In this document: positions 26,378-36,521 of the stretch, one piece after another
Position numbering within the stretch: position 1 is the stretch's first letter
Layout of the letters: every line of letters starts with the position of its first letter
DNA from: a virus
Taxonomy: Duplodnaviria > Caudoviricetes
Direction: 5' to 3' (one strand)
Length of the DNA: 64,000 nucleotides
Virus record (IMG/VR): IMGVR_UViG_3300032234_000392
Location: 99,264 to 163,263 of that record
Position numbers and translations under genes: made by a program
The notes under the pieces: generated by a model
Told to the model about the DNA's origin: nothing
Database searches by the model: none
What the model saw: only the letters and a program-made list of their open reading frames with translations

Positions 26378-29257
26378 TTAAAAACCAACTGTATAGTTTA
26401 CGCCAACTGATGATATATTACCAAGCTGGTTTTGTTGTACTCCTACATTAGCACCAATACGTTGATTTTTAGTAACAGCGTACGATACACCTGTTCCTAC
26501 ACTTGCTGAAGTTTTCTTGTTAATCATCAATGGTGCTGAATAATTACCCATGTCGCTGGTAGAATTTAAAGAACCTGCTGATGAATCAACTTGTTGTATA
26601 ACTCCTAAACTTAGTGTTCCTGTTATTTTGTCAGTAAGTTTTTTAGTTAAATTTGCACCTGCTAATAGATCAGTTGATGTTTGTGTAGTCGAAGAATATG
26701 TTAAAGGAAACAATTCATTTTGCTCAGTGTATCCGTTGACCGTAAATGATGACTTTCGAACTCCAATATAAGGAGCAACACTAGTTGTACCATTTATTGG
26801 CAAAGTATATGATGTTTTAATCTGTGCTGCTTCACCTTTGACTCCTGTGTTGTCGCCACTGATATCATAATTTCCTCTACCTTGAATTGCAGATGCTGTG
26901 ATGCCTAAGCCAGTGCCATCGGAATTTTTATTCCATCCGACAAATCCACCAACTGCTGGATTGCCACTTTCGTATTTGACAGCGCCAACAGATGTTTGAT
27001 TTAATTGTTGACCTAAGAATAATCCAGCTCTCCAATTAGTATCAATACGTTTAGCTACAGTAACACCTGCAGTCTGTAGGTCACCTGTGCCTGCTTTGCT
27101 TTGTCCGTAGTTAACTCCAATACATCCGCCCTTCTCACCAAACAATGTGCAATCACTACCTAGACTATTAATCATCGATCCAGTAGCTAAAGAATTCATG
27201 CTAGATAAATTGTTAGCTAGATTGTTAACATTAGCCTGTACAATTGTGCCATCAGGCATTACCCAAATTTGAACACCAGTCGGTGTATAACGTAATACTC
27301 CTACACCGTTATAACTGCTAAATGTTCCAGACACACCGTTGCCTGTTAGAACATTATATTTTCCTGTAGTATACGGATTTCCAACCATTGTTAATGTACC
27401 ATCAATTGTAGCAGGACCTGTTGATGTAATTACATTGCCGTATGGTAATGTTGTCGCCCCTGTACCGGTTTGTGTATATGATCCTACGGTTATTGAATTT
27501 GTAGCAAACGTACCAGAGTTAGTTAAACTACCGATTGTTCCTGTGTTTGTAAATGTACCAGTATTGTTAACTGTACCAACAGTGCCGTCGTTAACAAATG
27601 TTCCATTGTTTGTACCGTTAGCCATTGTGCCTACGTTGTTAACAGTACTGTTGTTTAACCAATCATTAGTAGTACCAACGTTGTTCAGTATACCATTGTT
27701 TGTATATAGACCGCTCACAACTCCAGTACTGTAGTTGTTAAATGTGCTGGTAGTATTTACTGCTCCTAACACTGTTCCGTGGTTTTGAAAAGTACCGTGT
27801 GCTTCTTCATTGTTGATGCTACCAATAGTGCCGTTGTTGTTTACAATACCGCCATTGTAGGTAACACTAGTAATTGTGCCGTTGTTGTTAATAATGTGAT
27901 TGTTATAGGCCAATTGGCTAACTGTACCGCCAGCATTGTTATTAAACGTACCCATGTTACTTAGAGCACCGGTGTTGCCTGCGTTGTTAAATGTTCCAAC
28001 GTTAGATACTGTACCAACAGTTGCACCTGTGCTGTTATTAAATGTACCATAGTTAGTACCATTGCCCATTATACCAGCATTGTTTAGAACTGCGGTATTA
28101 CCGTCGCCGTTAAAGCCGTTGATCCAATTACCTGTTCTGCCTGTTGCTGAATTGGTAAGTGTACCTAAGTTTGTTAATTGATTTGATGAGCTGATGTTGC
28201 TGTTGTTGATAACTGTAGCACCATTATTAATAGTTGTAGGACCTGTGTAGGTATATGTACCGTTTAATGATGTGCTACCGCCCGAACCAGTGTTAGCAAA
28301 CGTCCAACCACCTGCTCCGCTCACTGAACCAGTTAGGCTTAGTGTTTGACCGTTGTTGTCAACTGTCATACCTAGGGCATTCAACACCATATTGTTGCTA
28401 ATTTCTGTTGTCCCTGTGGCAGCCTGTAGTGTACCACCGTTGCCAGTGAATGTTCCTGCAGCCATTGTATCACTAACCACAACTTGATTAGTGTTAGTTG
28501 CGCTGAATGTAGTTGGTGCCGGGGGAGGTGGAGGAGTTGAGTTGCCGCCGCCTGCTGCGCCAACACCGTTGTCACTAATAGTACCACCTACAGTTCCAGC
28601 AACAATACCACGAATTATCTGTTCTAAGAAATCTTCGTTGTTGGCATCATAGCTCCAACCTTGGGTCCAGTTAATATCAGCAACAACAATAACAGTACCG
28701 TTGTAATCAACTCCTAGATCGCCTGCATTACCAATCCACATTTTAGCAGTTGCCGCACCGTTAGCATCTTGTGAAAGTGTTCTTCCGCCTGCACTAGTAA
28801 TAATTGCCGCTGCAGCATAGTCTACGGTTGCACCGCCAGTGAAATAGGTAGCATTACCAGTTTGACCGTTTGCAGCAAACCCACCAACTGAAATTGTGCC
28901 GCCGCCTAACGAACTAGTAAATGCACTAATACTATTATTTCTTATAGCAAAGCCACCGTGCTCGCCTGATAGATATAAGTAGCCTTGGTTCTTCAAAAAG
29001 GTATCATACAAGGCCATGTCGTTGGCGGATAGTGCTATGTTATAACGCATATCCCAAACTTGTTGATATCCTGTTAGGCTTGTGGGACCCGCTGATCCAG
29101 CCTGATATGTCACGGTGTGCCCCGCAGCCTCTAATTCTGTTTTAACAGAAACATGGGAATCCCCTTCTCCGCCAATGATTAATACGTTGTCTGCCCATGC
29201 GGCAGAGGATAATATTGATGCCGCAATAGTGGCAAGGATTTTCTTTTTAAAGTTCAT
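26378..29257 (-). CDS. autotransporter-like outer-membrane protein with Asn/Gly-rich beta-helix passenger
   Basis: signal peptide, PPPPP linker, TYTGPTTINNG repeat, NNxGT repeats, beta-barrel-like C-terminus ending in F. Confidence 0.75.
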   Translation of the reverse strand: MNFKKKILATIAASILSSAAWADNVLIIGGEGDSHVSVKTELEAAGHTVTYQAGSAGPTSLTGYQQVWDMRYNIALSANDMALYDTFLKNQGYLYLSGEHGGFAIRNNSISAFTSSLGGGTISVGGFAANGQTGNATYFTGGATVDYAAAAIITSAGGRTLSQDANGAATAKMWIGNAGDLGVDYNGTVIVVADINWTQGWSYDANNEDFLEQIIRGIVAGTVGGTISDNGVGAAGGGNSTPPPPPAPTTFSATNTNQVVVSDTMAAGTFTGNGGTLQAATGTTEISNNMVLNALGMTVDNNGQTLSLTGSVSGAGGWTFANTGSGGSTSLNGTYTYTGPTTINNGATVINNSNISSSNQLTNLGTLTNSATGRTGNWINGFNGDGNTAVLNNAGIMGNGTNYGTFNNSTGATVGTVSNVGTFNNAGNTGALSNMGTFNNNAGGTVSQLAYNNHIINNNGTITSVTYNGGIVNNNGTIGSINNEEAHGTFQNHGTVLGAVNTTSTFNNYSTGVVSGLYTNNGILNNVGTTNDWLNNSTVNNVGTMANGTNNGTFVNDGTVGTVNNTGTFTNTGTIGSLTNSGTFATNSITVGSYTQTGTGATTLPYGNVITSTGPATIDGTLTMVGNPYTTGKYNVLTGNGVSGTFSSYNGVGVLRYTPTGVQIWVMPDGTIVQANVNNLANNLSSMNSLATGSMINSLGSDCTLFGEKGGCIGVNYGQSKAGTGDLQTAGVTVAKRIDTNWRAGLFLGQQLNQTSVGAVKYESGNPAVGGFVGWNKNSDGTGLGITASAIQGRGNYDISGDNTGVKGEAAQIKTSYTLPINGTTSVAPYIGVRKSSFTVNGYTEQNELFPLTYSSTTQTSTDLLAGANLTKKLTDKITGTLSLGVIQQVDSSAGSLNSTSDMGNYSAPLMINKKTSASVGTGVSYAVTKNQRIGANVGVQQNQLGNISSVGVNYTVGF

Positions 29258-29325
29258 ACCGATTTCGCTCCCGGTTATTATGATACAGTATTTAGAGAGT
29301 ATTTGCTCTAAGTTTAATACTCAGA

Positions 29326-30474
29326 TTACTGCCCTTGTTGAACAGTAATAGTACCGCAGCCGCCTGCAGTAGAACAGGTGTGATTAATAGAATAGAACTG
29401 CTGTGCAGATCCGCTTTGCGTAAGATTTAATCCTGTTTGATTTCCACTCAATGAAATGTTAGCCATATGGTTAGCAGAACCTTGTTGTAAAACATCTACA
29501 GTTTTATTGCCGCCGCTGACCGCAAGATTTAGATAATGATTACCCGAATCTCTCTGCCGTACCGTAATTGCGTTATTATTGTCATTGACCGTGGCAAAAA
29601 TTCCTTTACCTCCACCTGTACTCTGCTGTGTAAGATTTACTGTATTACTGTTACCTGTAATATCAAGTTCGATATAATTTACCTGGGTTGAATTATTACC
29701 AGATTGATTAACCGTAACAGCATTATTACTGCCGTTGCCTATGTACTGTAGATAGTTTTGATGTGTTCCACTCTGATTAACGATAATGGTATTTGCATTG
29801 CCTATCTGTTCGATGCTGACCTGACTATCACTAGTAGTCCTACTAGTAAATGTCTGTACTCGAGAGGTGTGAGCAGGGTTGGCATTAAACGAACTACTGC
29901 TACCTCCACAACATAATACTGGTGCTGGTGGTGCAAAGAATGAAGCAGCAGTAGCCAGTGCAGTACTAGGAACAATCTGCCACGAACCATTTATAAACCA
30001 CCAAAAGTTTACCATCTGTCCGCCCCCGTTTTCGTAATACATTATTTCTACAGGCACAGGACCTGCGGATAGTGTAATAGGACCACTTTGTCTAAAATCG
30101 CCGCCACTTTCAATCCAACTGTTGACTACGGATACATTATTAATTTTAATACGAATACCATCATCGGCTTGTCCGCCAAAGTGGTATGTGCCAGCTGTGG
30201 GTATGTTGATAAAACCGTGGAAGCGAATTATAAATCCATCACTACGAGTAGGAACACTTCCTCCGCTGCTAGTAGTTAATCCTACAGTACTTACGGTTCC
30301 AGTACTTAATAGTGTGCGATTAGTAATATTGCCATTGGCATCTTGTGTGTATGTTGGCATAGCGCCACCGGCAAGATAATTTTGATAGTTAAGCCCTGCT
30401 GTTTGTGCTTCGATGTCTTGACTATGCACACTCAAACAAAGAGTTAATAAAAATAAGGCAAATAGTCTTTTCAT
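29326..30474 (-). CDS. secreted PA14-domain protein with C-terminal curlin-like repeats
   Basis: signal peptide, ADDGIRIKIN..YYENGGG (PA14), then IEQIGNAN/QSGNN/QQGSAN repeats. Confidence 0.75.
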   Translation of the reverse strand: MKRLFALFLLTLCLSVHSQDIEAQTAGLNYQNYLAGGAMPTYTQDANGNITNRTLLSTGTVSTVGLTTSSGGSVPTRSDGFIIRFHGFINIPTAGTYHFGGQADDGIRIKINNVSVVNSWIESGGDFRQSGPITLSAGPVPVEIMYYENGGGQMVNFWWFINGSWQIVPSTALATAASFFAPPAPVLCCGGSSSSFNANPAHTSRVQTFTSRTTSDSQVSIEQIGNANTIIVNQSGTHQNYLQYIGNGSNNAVTVNQSGNNSTQVNYIELDITGNSNTVNLTQQSTGGGKGIFATVNDNNNAITVRQRDSGNHYLNLAVSGGNKTVDVLQQGSANHMANISLSGNQTGLNLTQSGSAQQFYSINHTCSTAGGCGTITVQQGQ

Positions 30475-31571
30475 TGCGGTCTCTTCAGCACACCTGAATT
30501 TTGTTTGATAGTCACAACATTACCGTTAGGATCGCCACTGCCAATTATAATTGTATCTGTTTGATCGTCGTGTGTGATTGAAATAGAAGTATTTGATGCA
30601 TACCCTAGAGTTTTAACTTCGGCATAGTGGTCTTCGTTCTTGCGAAACGCCACTCCTCGTCCGCGACTCTGTATATCAGCACCTGAGGGATTTTCCCAGT
30701 TAACACAGATATTGGTTGCAGGATTACAGCCTTTGGCACCCGTGGCAAAAGTAAAAGGTAGAACTTCTGCTGGTTTTTGTTCTTCTCTGGCTTTTTCTAT
30801 ACGCTGCGCCATCTGACGCTGCGCTTCTGCTTCTAGTTCTTCTAGTTCTTGTTCTCTTTTACTTTTGCCTGCGGCAGCTATGGCACGCTGTACCTCAGGA
30901 GGACGAACTAGAATTAAATTGTTGTTGATTTTACTTTCAATAGTATTCATAATCACAGGGGGAGTAGGCATTATCGAATTACTCATTACATAGGTAGCTT
31001 CAAATGCCTTGTCTAACTCTACCGTACCTGCATTAGTAGTGACTTCGATTTTTCCAACCTTGCAGCGTTGTTCATCCATTTCAAATTGCTTTTGTTCACT
31101 TTCTTCTTTGCAACTCGGTATTAGCACAATAAGACTCTGCCCAGCTTCGTCAACAGTCATGGTAAAATCAGTGCCTCGCACTGCTATACTGGCAGTAGGT
31201 GTTTTAACATTTACTCTCTGTGGATTGTTTTTGGCAATTTGCCCAGAGGTATATCTCACGGTACCCATGGCTGCTTTGATAGCCAGCTTGCCTGCATCTG
31301 ATTTTTTAGGATCAAAGACAAAATCGTCGATTAATAATTTCGAGTTTTCAGTGATACGGACTTTGGTGTCGTCTTTGAACTTGATATTACTTACGCATGA
31401 GCCGGTAACGTAGGTATCCATAGATTCAACAGTCGCACCTTTTTGTCCATTCAGCTTGGTCTTGCCTCTCTGTATTTCACAGGCCGAGCCTCGATTATCC
31501 AACACTACACCAATGCTAGCAGAAGCCGTTAATGTCCAAAACATTAATGCTACCGCAAGTATTGTTTTCAT
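30471..31571 (-). CDS. FecR-domain protein
   Basis: IKFKDDTKVRITENSKL, VKTPTASIAVRGTDF. Confidence 0.85.
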   Translation of the reverse strand: MKTILAVALMFWTLTASASIGVVLDNRGSACEIQRGKTKLNGQKGATVESMDTYVTGSCVSNIKFKDDTKVRITENSKLLIDDFVFDPKKSDAGKLAIKAAMGTVRYTSGQIAKNNPQRVNVKTPTASIAVRGTDFTMTVDEAGQSLIVLIPSCKEESEQKQFEMDEQRCKVGKIEVTTNAGTVELDKAFEATYVMSNSIMPTPPVIMNTIESKINNNLILVRPPEVQRAIAAAGKSKREQELEELEAEAQRQMAQRIEKAREEQKPAEVLPFTFATGAKGCNPATNICVNWENPSGADIQSRGRGVAFRKNEDHYAEVKTLGYASNTSISITHDDQTDTIIIGSGDPNGNVVTIKQNSGVLKRPQ

Positions 31572-31574
31572 CGT

Positions 31575-32396
31575 TTACCTTGCGATAGCTGTTATAGGAT
31601 TAACAATACTGCCACTGTTAGTACTGCGAACAGTAATGGTATTATTATTTCCATCTGTATTAATGTTAATGGTATTATTGTTAGAACCCTGTTGCTGTGT
31701 AGTAATACTGTTAAAATCACCTGCAGTGTTTAACACCAATGTCTGTCTACCTGTATCAGCTTGCTGAATATTAATTACGTTGTTGCTACCGTCGATAGTG
31801 TTATTAATACTGCTTAGAGCACCGGTAGTAGTAGTATCTGCTGTTACTTGGTTGCTGTTTCCTGTGATAGTAGTTGTAGAAGTAAACTGTGTTGAATTTA
31901 CATTCTGTATGATCATATTACTGTCACCGGTGATAGTTTCTGTGATATTAACGTTAGTTCCACTATTAACCGCAGTACTATTATTCACAGTCAATCTTGT
32001 TTGATTGTTGTCACCTGTAACTGTGCTGGTATAGGCATTTCTATTTCCGGTGATACTATACTGAGCAGAATTACTATTACCTGTCTGCTGTATATTCACA
32101 GTATTGCTATTACCGGACACTGTTCCATAGTTTGATGCACTTGGGGCTGCCGGAGTCAATGTGGTAATGCCCGATGCATCAACAGTCGTTGCCGATTGAT
32201 TAGTAATACCTCCAACCGAGTTTGTTCCGCCTACCTGCTGAATAGAAATAGTATTACTACTACCGATCTGTTCAATGTAGACTTTGTTTTCGCCTGTGCT
32301 CTGAGCATAGGTTCCCGATAATGGCATTGCAGCCATTACCAGAATTGTGAGTAATTTTCTCGACAACTCACCAGCGCCTTTGTTTCTTTTGATCAT
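31575..32396 (-). CDS. curlin-like repeat protein (CsgA/CsgB-like)
   Basis: signal peptide, IEQIGSSNTISIQQ, QQTGNSNSA, QQQGSNN repeats. Confidence 0.75.
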   Translation of the reverse strand: MIKRNKGAGELSRKLLTILVMAAMPLSGTYAQSTGENKVYIEQIGSSNTISIQQVGGTNSVGGITNQSATTVDASGITTLTPAAPSASNYGTVSGNSNTVNIQQTGNSNSAQYSITGNRNAYTSTVTGDNNQTRLTVNNSTAVNSGTNVNITETITGDSNMIIQNVNSTQFTSTTTITGNSNQVTADTTTTGALSSINNTIDGSNNVINIQQADTGRQTLVLNTAGDFNSITTQQQGSNNNTININTDGNNNTITVRSTNSGSIVNPITAIAR

Positions 32397-32428
32397 ATGA
32401 TCGCTCCCTGGTACATATATTATTGTTA

Positions 32429-33751
32429 TTATTGTACCTTAATATTTTTCTTTGCTATCCATCCATCCTTTCCGTCAACCCTGACGAAATAGTATTCTCC
32501 ACTGGCGTTTAGTATTTCTACTCTCGTGCCTGGTTTAACACTTGCTACTTTATTACTGCTTAAATCTTTACCGGTTCTAATATTACTCCACTCTGTAATT
32601 GTTGCTGTCCCTTGTTTTTCCGCTGGTCCCTCTTGAATTACAGTTGGTCTTACCCAGCCGCCTCTGCCTTGAAGGTCTTTGACTAACACCCAATCGTCTT
32701 CACGATTATGTATGGTTAATTCTGTGCCTGCTACAAACTGCCAAGTTTTTTGACTGCGTTCATCTTTTTCTCGATAAATGAAACTAGTTTCCTTTAGATA
32801 GAATTTTTTAGATTCTACTACTTGTGGTGCTTGTTTTTTAGATACTGGTACATTAGATTGTGTGTTCTCTTTGGGCGATTGCTCTGCTGGTTTTGCTGCC
32901 GGCGGCGGAACAATCGCTGGAATAGGTCTAATATCATTTTTAACATCCTCCTTAAAACTCCAATGTCCTTTGCGGGCACCTTCATTTATAGTTGCTACTA
33001 CTGCTGCCTGTATGGCCATACTAACAGCTTTGTTGATACTTTCATTTATGCTAGCGCCAGTTTCTGCTTCAACTGCTTGTGTGCCGCTGTCAACAAATTT
33101 TAACACACCTAACTTGTCCATGTAGCTTAAGACAGTTTTTGTAATAGTTACAGAAGTTAATATTTCACCTGATGCTACACTCACTGTTCTTAAACTGACT
33201 GTCACTGTATCACTTTGATATTGTGTCTGTGCACCGATACCAAATATTCTCATACCTGATCCGCCTGTGAGTGTGTTGGAATCATAGCCAACAATACCGC
33301 CTTCGATAATCATACCTGCAAACAATAACGGCGGCAACGGCTTAGCATCACGTCCTTGATATTGTTCGCGCATTTGACGAATCATTTGACGCTCTTTGAT
33401 TAGGTTCTCTAATCCTACACGTTCTATTACTGTGAACCACCGCGCATCTCCTACATCCTGTAATGACTTAACCAAGTAGGCATCTGCACCTTGTGTTACC
33501 GCTGAACTCAATGATGCAATTAGTGGTACTGACTTACGTTGTCCAGTTAGATCTTTGAACCCATAGACTGCTACTGTAATGGGACCACCTGCTGGAGGTC
33601 TAATTGTTTCACTTTGTTTCTTTAGATAGACATTTTGTTCAACCTTAGGCTCGTCAAACTGATTGCCAGTTAATTTTTCACGGATTGCTGAGCTGGTTGC
33701 GCATCCTGTTAGCACTGTTATTGCTGCCAAGGACACTAATGTTTTTATCAT
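32429..33751 (-). CDS. csgG: curli secretion channel CsgG with C-terminal SH3-like domains
   Basis: lipobox LTGC, VAVYGFKDLTGQRK, AVTQGA, VIERVGLENLIKERQ, IIEGGIVGYDSN. Confidence 0.9.
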   Translation of the reverse strand: MIKTLVSLAAITVLTGCATSSAIREKLTGNQFDEPKVEQNVYLKKQSETIRPPAGGPITVAVYGFKDLTGQRKSVPLIASLSSAVTQGADAYLVKSLQDVGDARWFTVIERVGLENLIKERQMIRQMREQYQGRDAKPLPPLLFAGMIIEGGIVGYDSNTLTGGSGMRIFGIGAQTQYQSDTVTVSLRTVSVASGEILTSVTITKTVLSYMDKLGVLKFVDSGTQAVEAETGASINESINKAVSMAIQAAVVATINEGARKGHWSFKEDVKNDIRPIPAIVPPPAAKPAEQSPKENTQSNVPVSKKQAPQVVESKKFYLKETSFIYREKDERSQKTWQFVAGTELTIHNREDDWVLVKDLQGRGGWVRPTVIQEGPAEKQGTATITEWSNIRTGKDLSSNKVASVKPGTRVEILNASGEYYFVRVDGKDGWIAKKNIKVQ

Positions 33752-33760
33752 TTGATGTCC

Positions 33761-34240
33761 TTAAAAGTAAAATGACCCGGCAGGCACCTTCATTGTTGTA
33801 ATTTGAGTAGGATTACTAAGATTCTGTATGTTGATAATAATCATACCAGAATCGCTGCCGCCGCCTAACGACCACTCTATTTTGTTGCCGCCTATATCTG
33901 GAATACTGCCACATACTATGCCTGCAGTAGTACAGGTAGCACCTTCACCAAACATACTGTCAGTTAACTGTTTGGCCAACTGCGAATATATTCTTGATTC
34001 TAAATTGGCTATAAATCTTGCTGTGGGAGTATTGGCAGCATCACGCTCTGCTTGAGCTTTTAATGCGTCTGCTGCTGCTTTGTTTTTTTCTTTTTGTTGA
34101 TCTTCTAACTGTTTGATTGTTAGAACGTGAGAGCTAAATCCAATGCCTGAAAAGGACGGACTATTAAAATTATGTGTTAACTCTGCACTATTCACTCCAG
34201 AGCTAACCAAGATGGTGCATATTAATAATGCATACTTCAT
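33761..34240 (-). CDS. csgF: curli assembly protein CsgF-like
   Basis: signal peptide then ELTHNFNSPSFSG; FIANLESRIYSQL; adjacent to csgG. Confidence 0.8.
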   Translation of the reverse strand: MKYALLICTILVSSGVNSAELTHNFNSPSFSGIGFSSHVLTIKQLEDQQKEKNKAAADALKAQAERDAANTPTARFIANLESRIYSQLAKQLTDSMFGEGATCTTAGIVCGSIPDIGGNKIEWSLGGGSDSGMIIINIQNLSNPTQITTMKVPAGSFYF

Positions 34241-34332
34241 ACTATTCGCTCCCGGTAATCGGTATTAGTATTTAACCAAGGAAAGAATTAGTTATATGAC
34301 AGTATTAATTTGTTCTAGATTAAAAGAGCAGT

Positions 34333-35817
34333 TTACTTAATTGCAAAACTCAAAGGTGCAATAGGCATTCTTGTAGCCATGTAGTTATTGTCTGCTACCA
34401 TTTGGAATGTGCCGGTAAACATTGGAGGATAAATTACTTCAAATTTAGAAAATGCTGCAGCTTCTCCAGAAGACTTCACTGTAGTTTTTACCTGAATCAT
34501 ATTTGATCTTTCAAGTATTGATCTAAATAAATCTCCTACATTTTTATCTTGATTTACTGTGTTAGCAATTTTTTTAGCAACACAGGCCATCATATGAAAA
34601 CCTAAATTATAAGCAGGGTCTTCAAACTTAGCCCCTTTAACTTCACTTAGTGTATAAAGATTAGGAGTTATCAATCCTTTCTTTACTGCTTGATTAGGAG
34701 GAATACGGATACTCTTCCCCATAAGATCAGCAATCATTCGAGCTTCACTATCAGATATAAATTTAAAACGATCAACACCAAGAATTAATGGCCCGTTCAC
34801 CCCTTTATTTTTACGTTTCCAATATCGATTTTCAGGATTTGCTATTACTTTAAGTATTTCAAAAATAGGTACAAATTTTTTATTTTCAAAAAGGTCTTGA
34901 TACTTTTCTGGAGTTTTATTAACTGCATCAACTAATCCTGTAATACTAGCTGCTGCTCCTCCTTTTTTATCCTTTGAACTAACTCTCAAACTGTTGTTTT
35001 TATCTAATCTAATATAACTGTCATACAGTTTTTCATCTCCGGCACTAGGATATAAAACTTGAGATAAACTCTTCCAGGTAAGACCTAATGGCTTTAATAA
35101 ATTTTCTTCTGCGGATGCATAATCTCCGCTAACTAAGTTGCCTGTAATTAGTGCTATAGGTGCTGCTGTTTCACCAAAATCAATTTCTAGACTAGATTCG
35201 TACTTTGCCATTCCTTGTACTGGTGTTGCTGCTCCAGCGGCTATATTTTTGATTAGCTCAACCAGTCCGGTTTTTAATTCTTCGTCAAGATCTGTTCTAC
35301 CATTAATTTTTGTCTGTACTGAATTTGGAATTTGTCTAAAGTTTAACCAGCTATCCGGAGTTATTACATCTTTTGGTTTAAGTTTTAGTGTAGCTCGTTG
35401 TGCAGTTTTTCCTTGGGCACCATAACCAAATGTTTTTTTAAATTCAGCGTTTGTTTGTTTTACAGGAGCAGCACCTTCTCCTGGTTTTTTAACTAATTTA
35501 ACAAAAGAAATAAGAGAATTTGTTTCAAGGTCTTTCCATACACTAACTAATGCTGCTTTAGCAGTTTTTGGATTTCCGGTAAATTGTACATTTTTTAAAT
35601 CGACACCGTTTTGAGACATATATTGCTGTAAACTTTTATCTAATTCTTCTTCGGTTTCAAAAGTACCAGCCGACGGCAACATAACCGCACTTTTCAGACT
35701 AATTTCTTTATTAGTTTCAGCATTTTTAAATTTAACTTCGGCGCCTTGACTAACTTCCTGGGCCCTTCGAAAAATTCCGCCTTGCGATTCGTTAATGTTA
35801 AATTCGTAAAATCTCAT
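34333..35817 (-). CDS. large hypothetical protein, probably virion-associated
   Basis: MRFYEF..NES leader; YD..RVSSK segment is PD-(D/E)xK-like. Confidence 0.55.
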   Translation of the reverse strand: MRFYEFNINESQGGIFRRAQEVSQGAEVKFKNAETNKEISLKSAVMLPSAGTFETEEELDKSLQQYMSQNGVDLKNVQFTGNPKTAKAALVSVWKDLETNSLISFVKLVKKPGEGAAPVKQTNAEFKKTFGYGAQGKTAQRATLKLKPKDVITPDSWLNFRQIPNSVQTKINGRTDLDEELKTGLVELIKNIAAGAATPVQGMAKYESSLEIDFGETAAPIALITGNLVSGDYASAEENLLKPLGLTWKSLSQVLYPSAGDEKLYDSYIRLDKNNSLRVSSKDKKGGAAASITGLVDAVNKTPEKYQDLFENKKFVPIFEILKVIANPENRYWKRKNKGVNGPLILGVDRFKFISDSEARMIADLMGKSIRIPPNQAVKKGLITPNLYTLSEVKGAKFEDPAYNLGFHMMACVAKKIANTVNQDKNVGDLFRSILERSNMIQVKTTVKSSGEAAAFSKFEVIYPPMFTGTFQMVADNNYMATRMPIAPLSFAIK

Positions 35818-35825
35818 ACGATTAT

Positions 35826-36521
35826 TTATCGGATTTCAGGGAACAGGCACTCTTGTATAAAATGCTGTACATCGTCCTCAGATAGCCCTAAACTAACCAT
35901 TACACGCGGTGTATGCGGATTACACTTTTGATTCTGTGCGTAGTAGTTTTGATCCCAAGTAGTATCTGCGGTAGTATTATTAGTTTCAGCAACTGTGTTT
36001 AGATAGTGTTCTATGGTGGTTTTTGCTAGATCCGTAATCTGCTGTAGTTCTTCTGGATCTTGTACATTACCCGCAGCAACCATACTAGGACTAAAAATAT
36101 TAGTAGCCCATTCCGGAAGAGCACGTTCTTTACGCCATTCTAATTTGCTGACTTCTTCAGCGAACCACTGCATCATAGGATGATCGGGATCGCCTGCTTT
36201 TGAATAATCGTGAAAACAGCCAGTGATCTTATTCTTACCAGCTATAACATCAAATCCGTAAATTGGAGCAGGATTATGTGTGTGAGGGAAGATGCAACAG
36301 TGCATCATCCACAATCCTTTGGTTAGCCTAGCATCAACGACATCAACGTGGGCCCGACGATACTTATCGCTAGACCATACACGATTAACCCAACCAGGTT
36401 GATTAAAACGATCCATCCCAGGCTCGAAGACTTCGACTCCTGTTTTTTCAAAGGATTCCTCAAGTAGAGTTTGGATCTCAATTAGAGTGTCCCATACTTT
36501 ACTCTCCTGCATAGAGGTCAC
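35826..36521 (-). CDS. pcyX: ferredoxin-dependent bilin reductase (PcyX/PcyA-like)
   Basis: RRAHVDVVD, WMMHCCIFP, PIYGFDVIAG, FHDYS, LPEWA..IFS, QKCNPHT. Confidence 0.82.
   Translation of the reverse strand: MTSMQESKVWDTLIEIQTLLEESFEKTGVEVFEPGMDRFNQPGWVNRVWSSDKYRRAHVDVVDARLTKGLWMMHCCIFPHTHNPAPIYGFDVIAGKNKITGCFHDYSKAGDPDHPMMQWFAEEVSKLEWRKERALPEWATNIFSPSMVAAGNVQDPEELQQITDLAKTTIEHYLNTVAETNNTTADTTWDQNYYAQNQKCNPHTPRVMVSLGLSEDDVQHFIQECLFPEIR

Noticed and set aside
27400-28300. Repetitive DNA in the autotransporter (and at 10560-10700) as CRISPR or DGR repeats
   Set aside because: Degenerate in-frame protein repeats (NNxGT, GNVTG); no identical repeat-spacer pattern and no reverse transcriptase in the window
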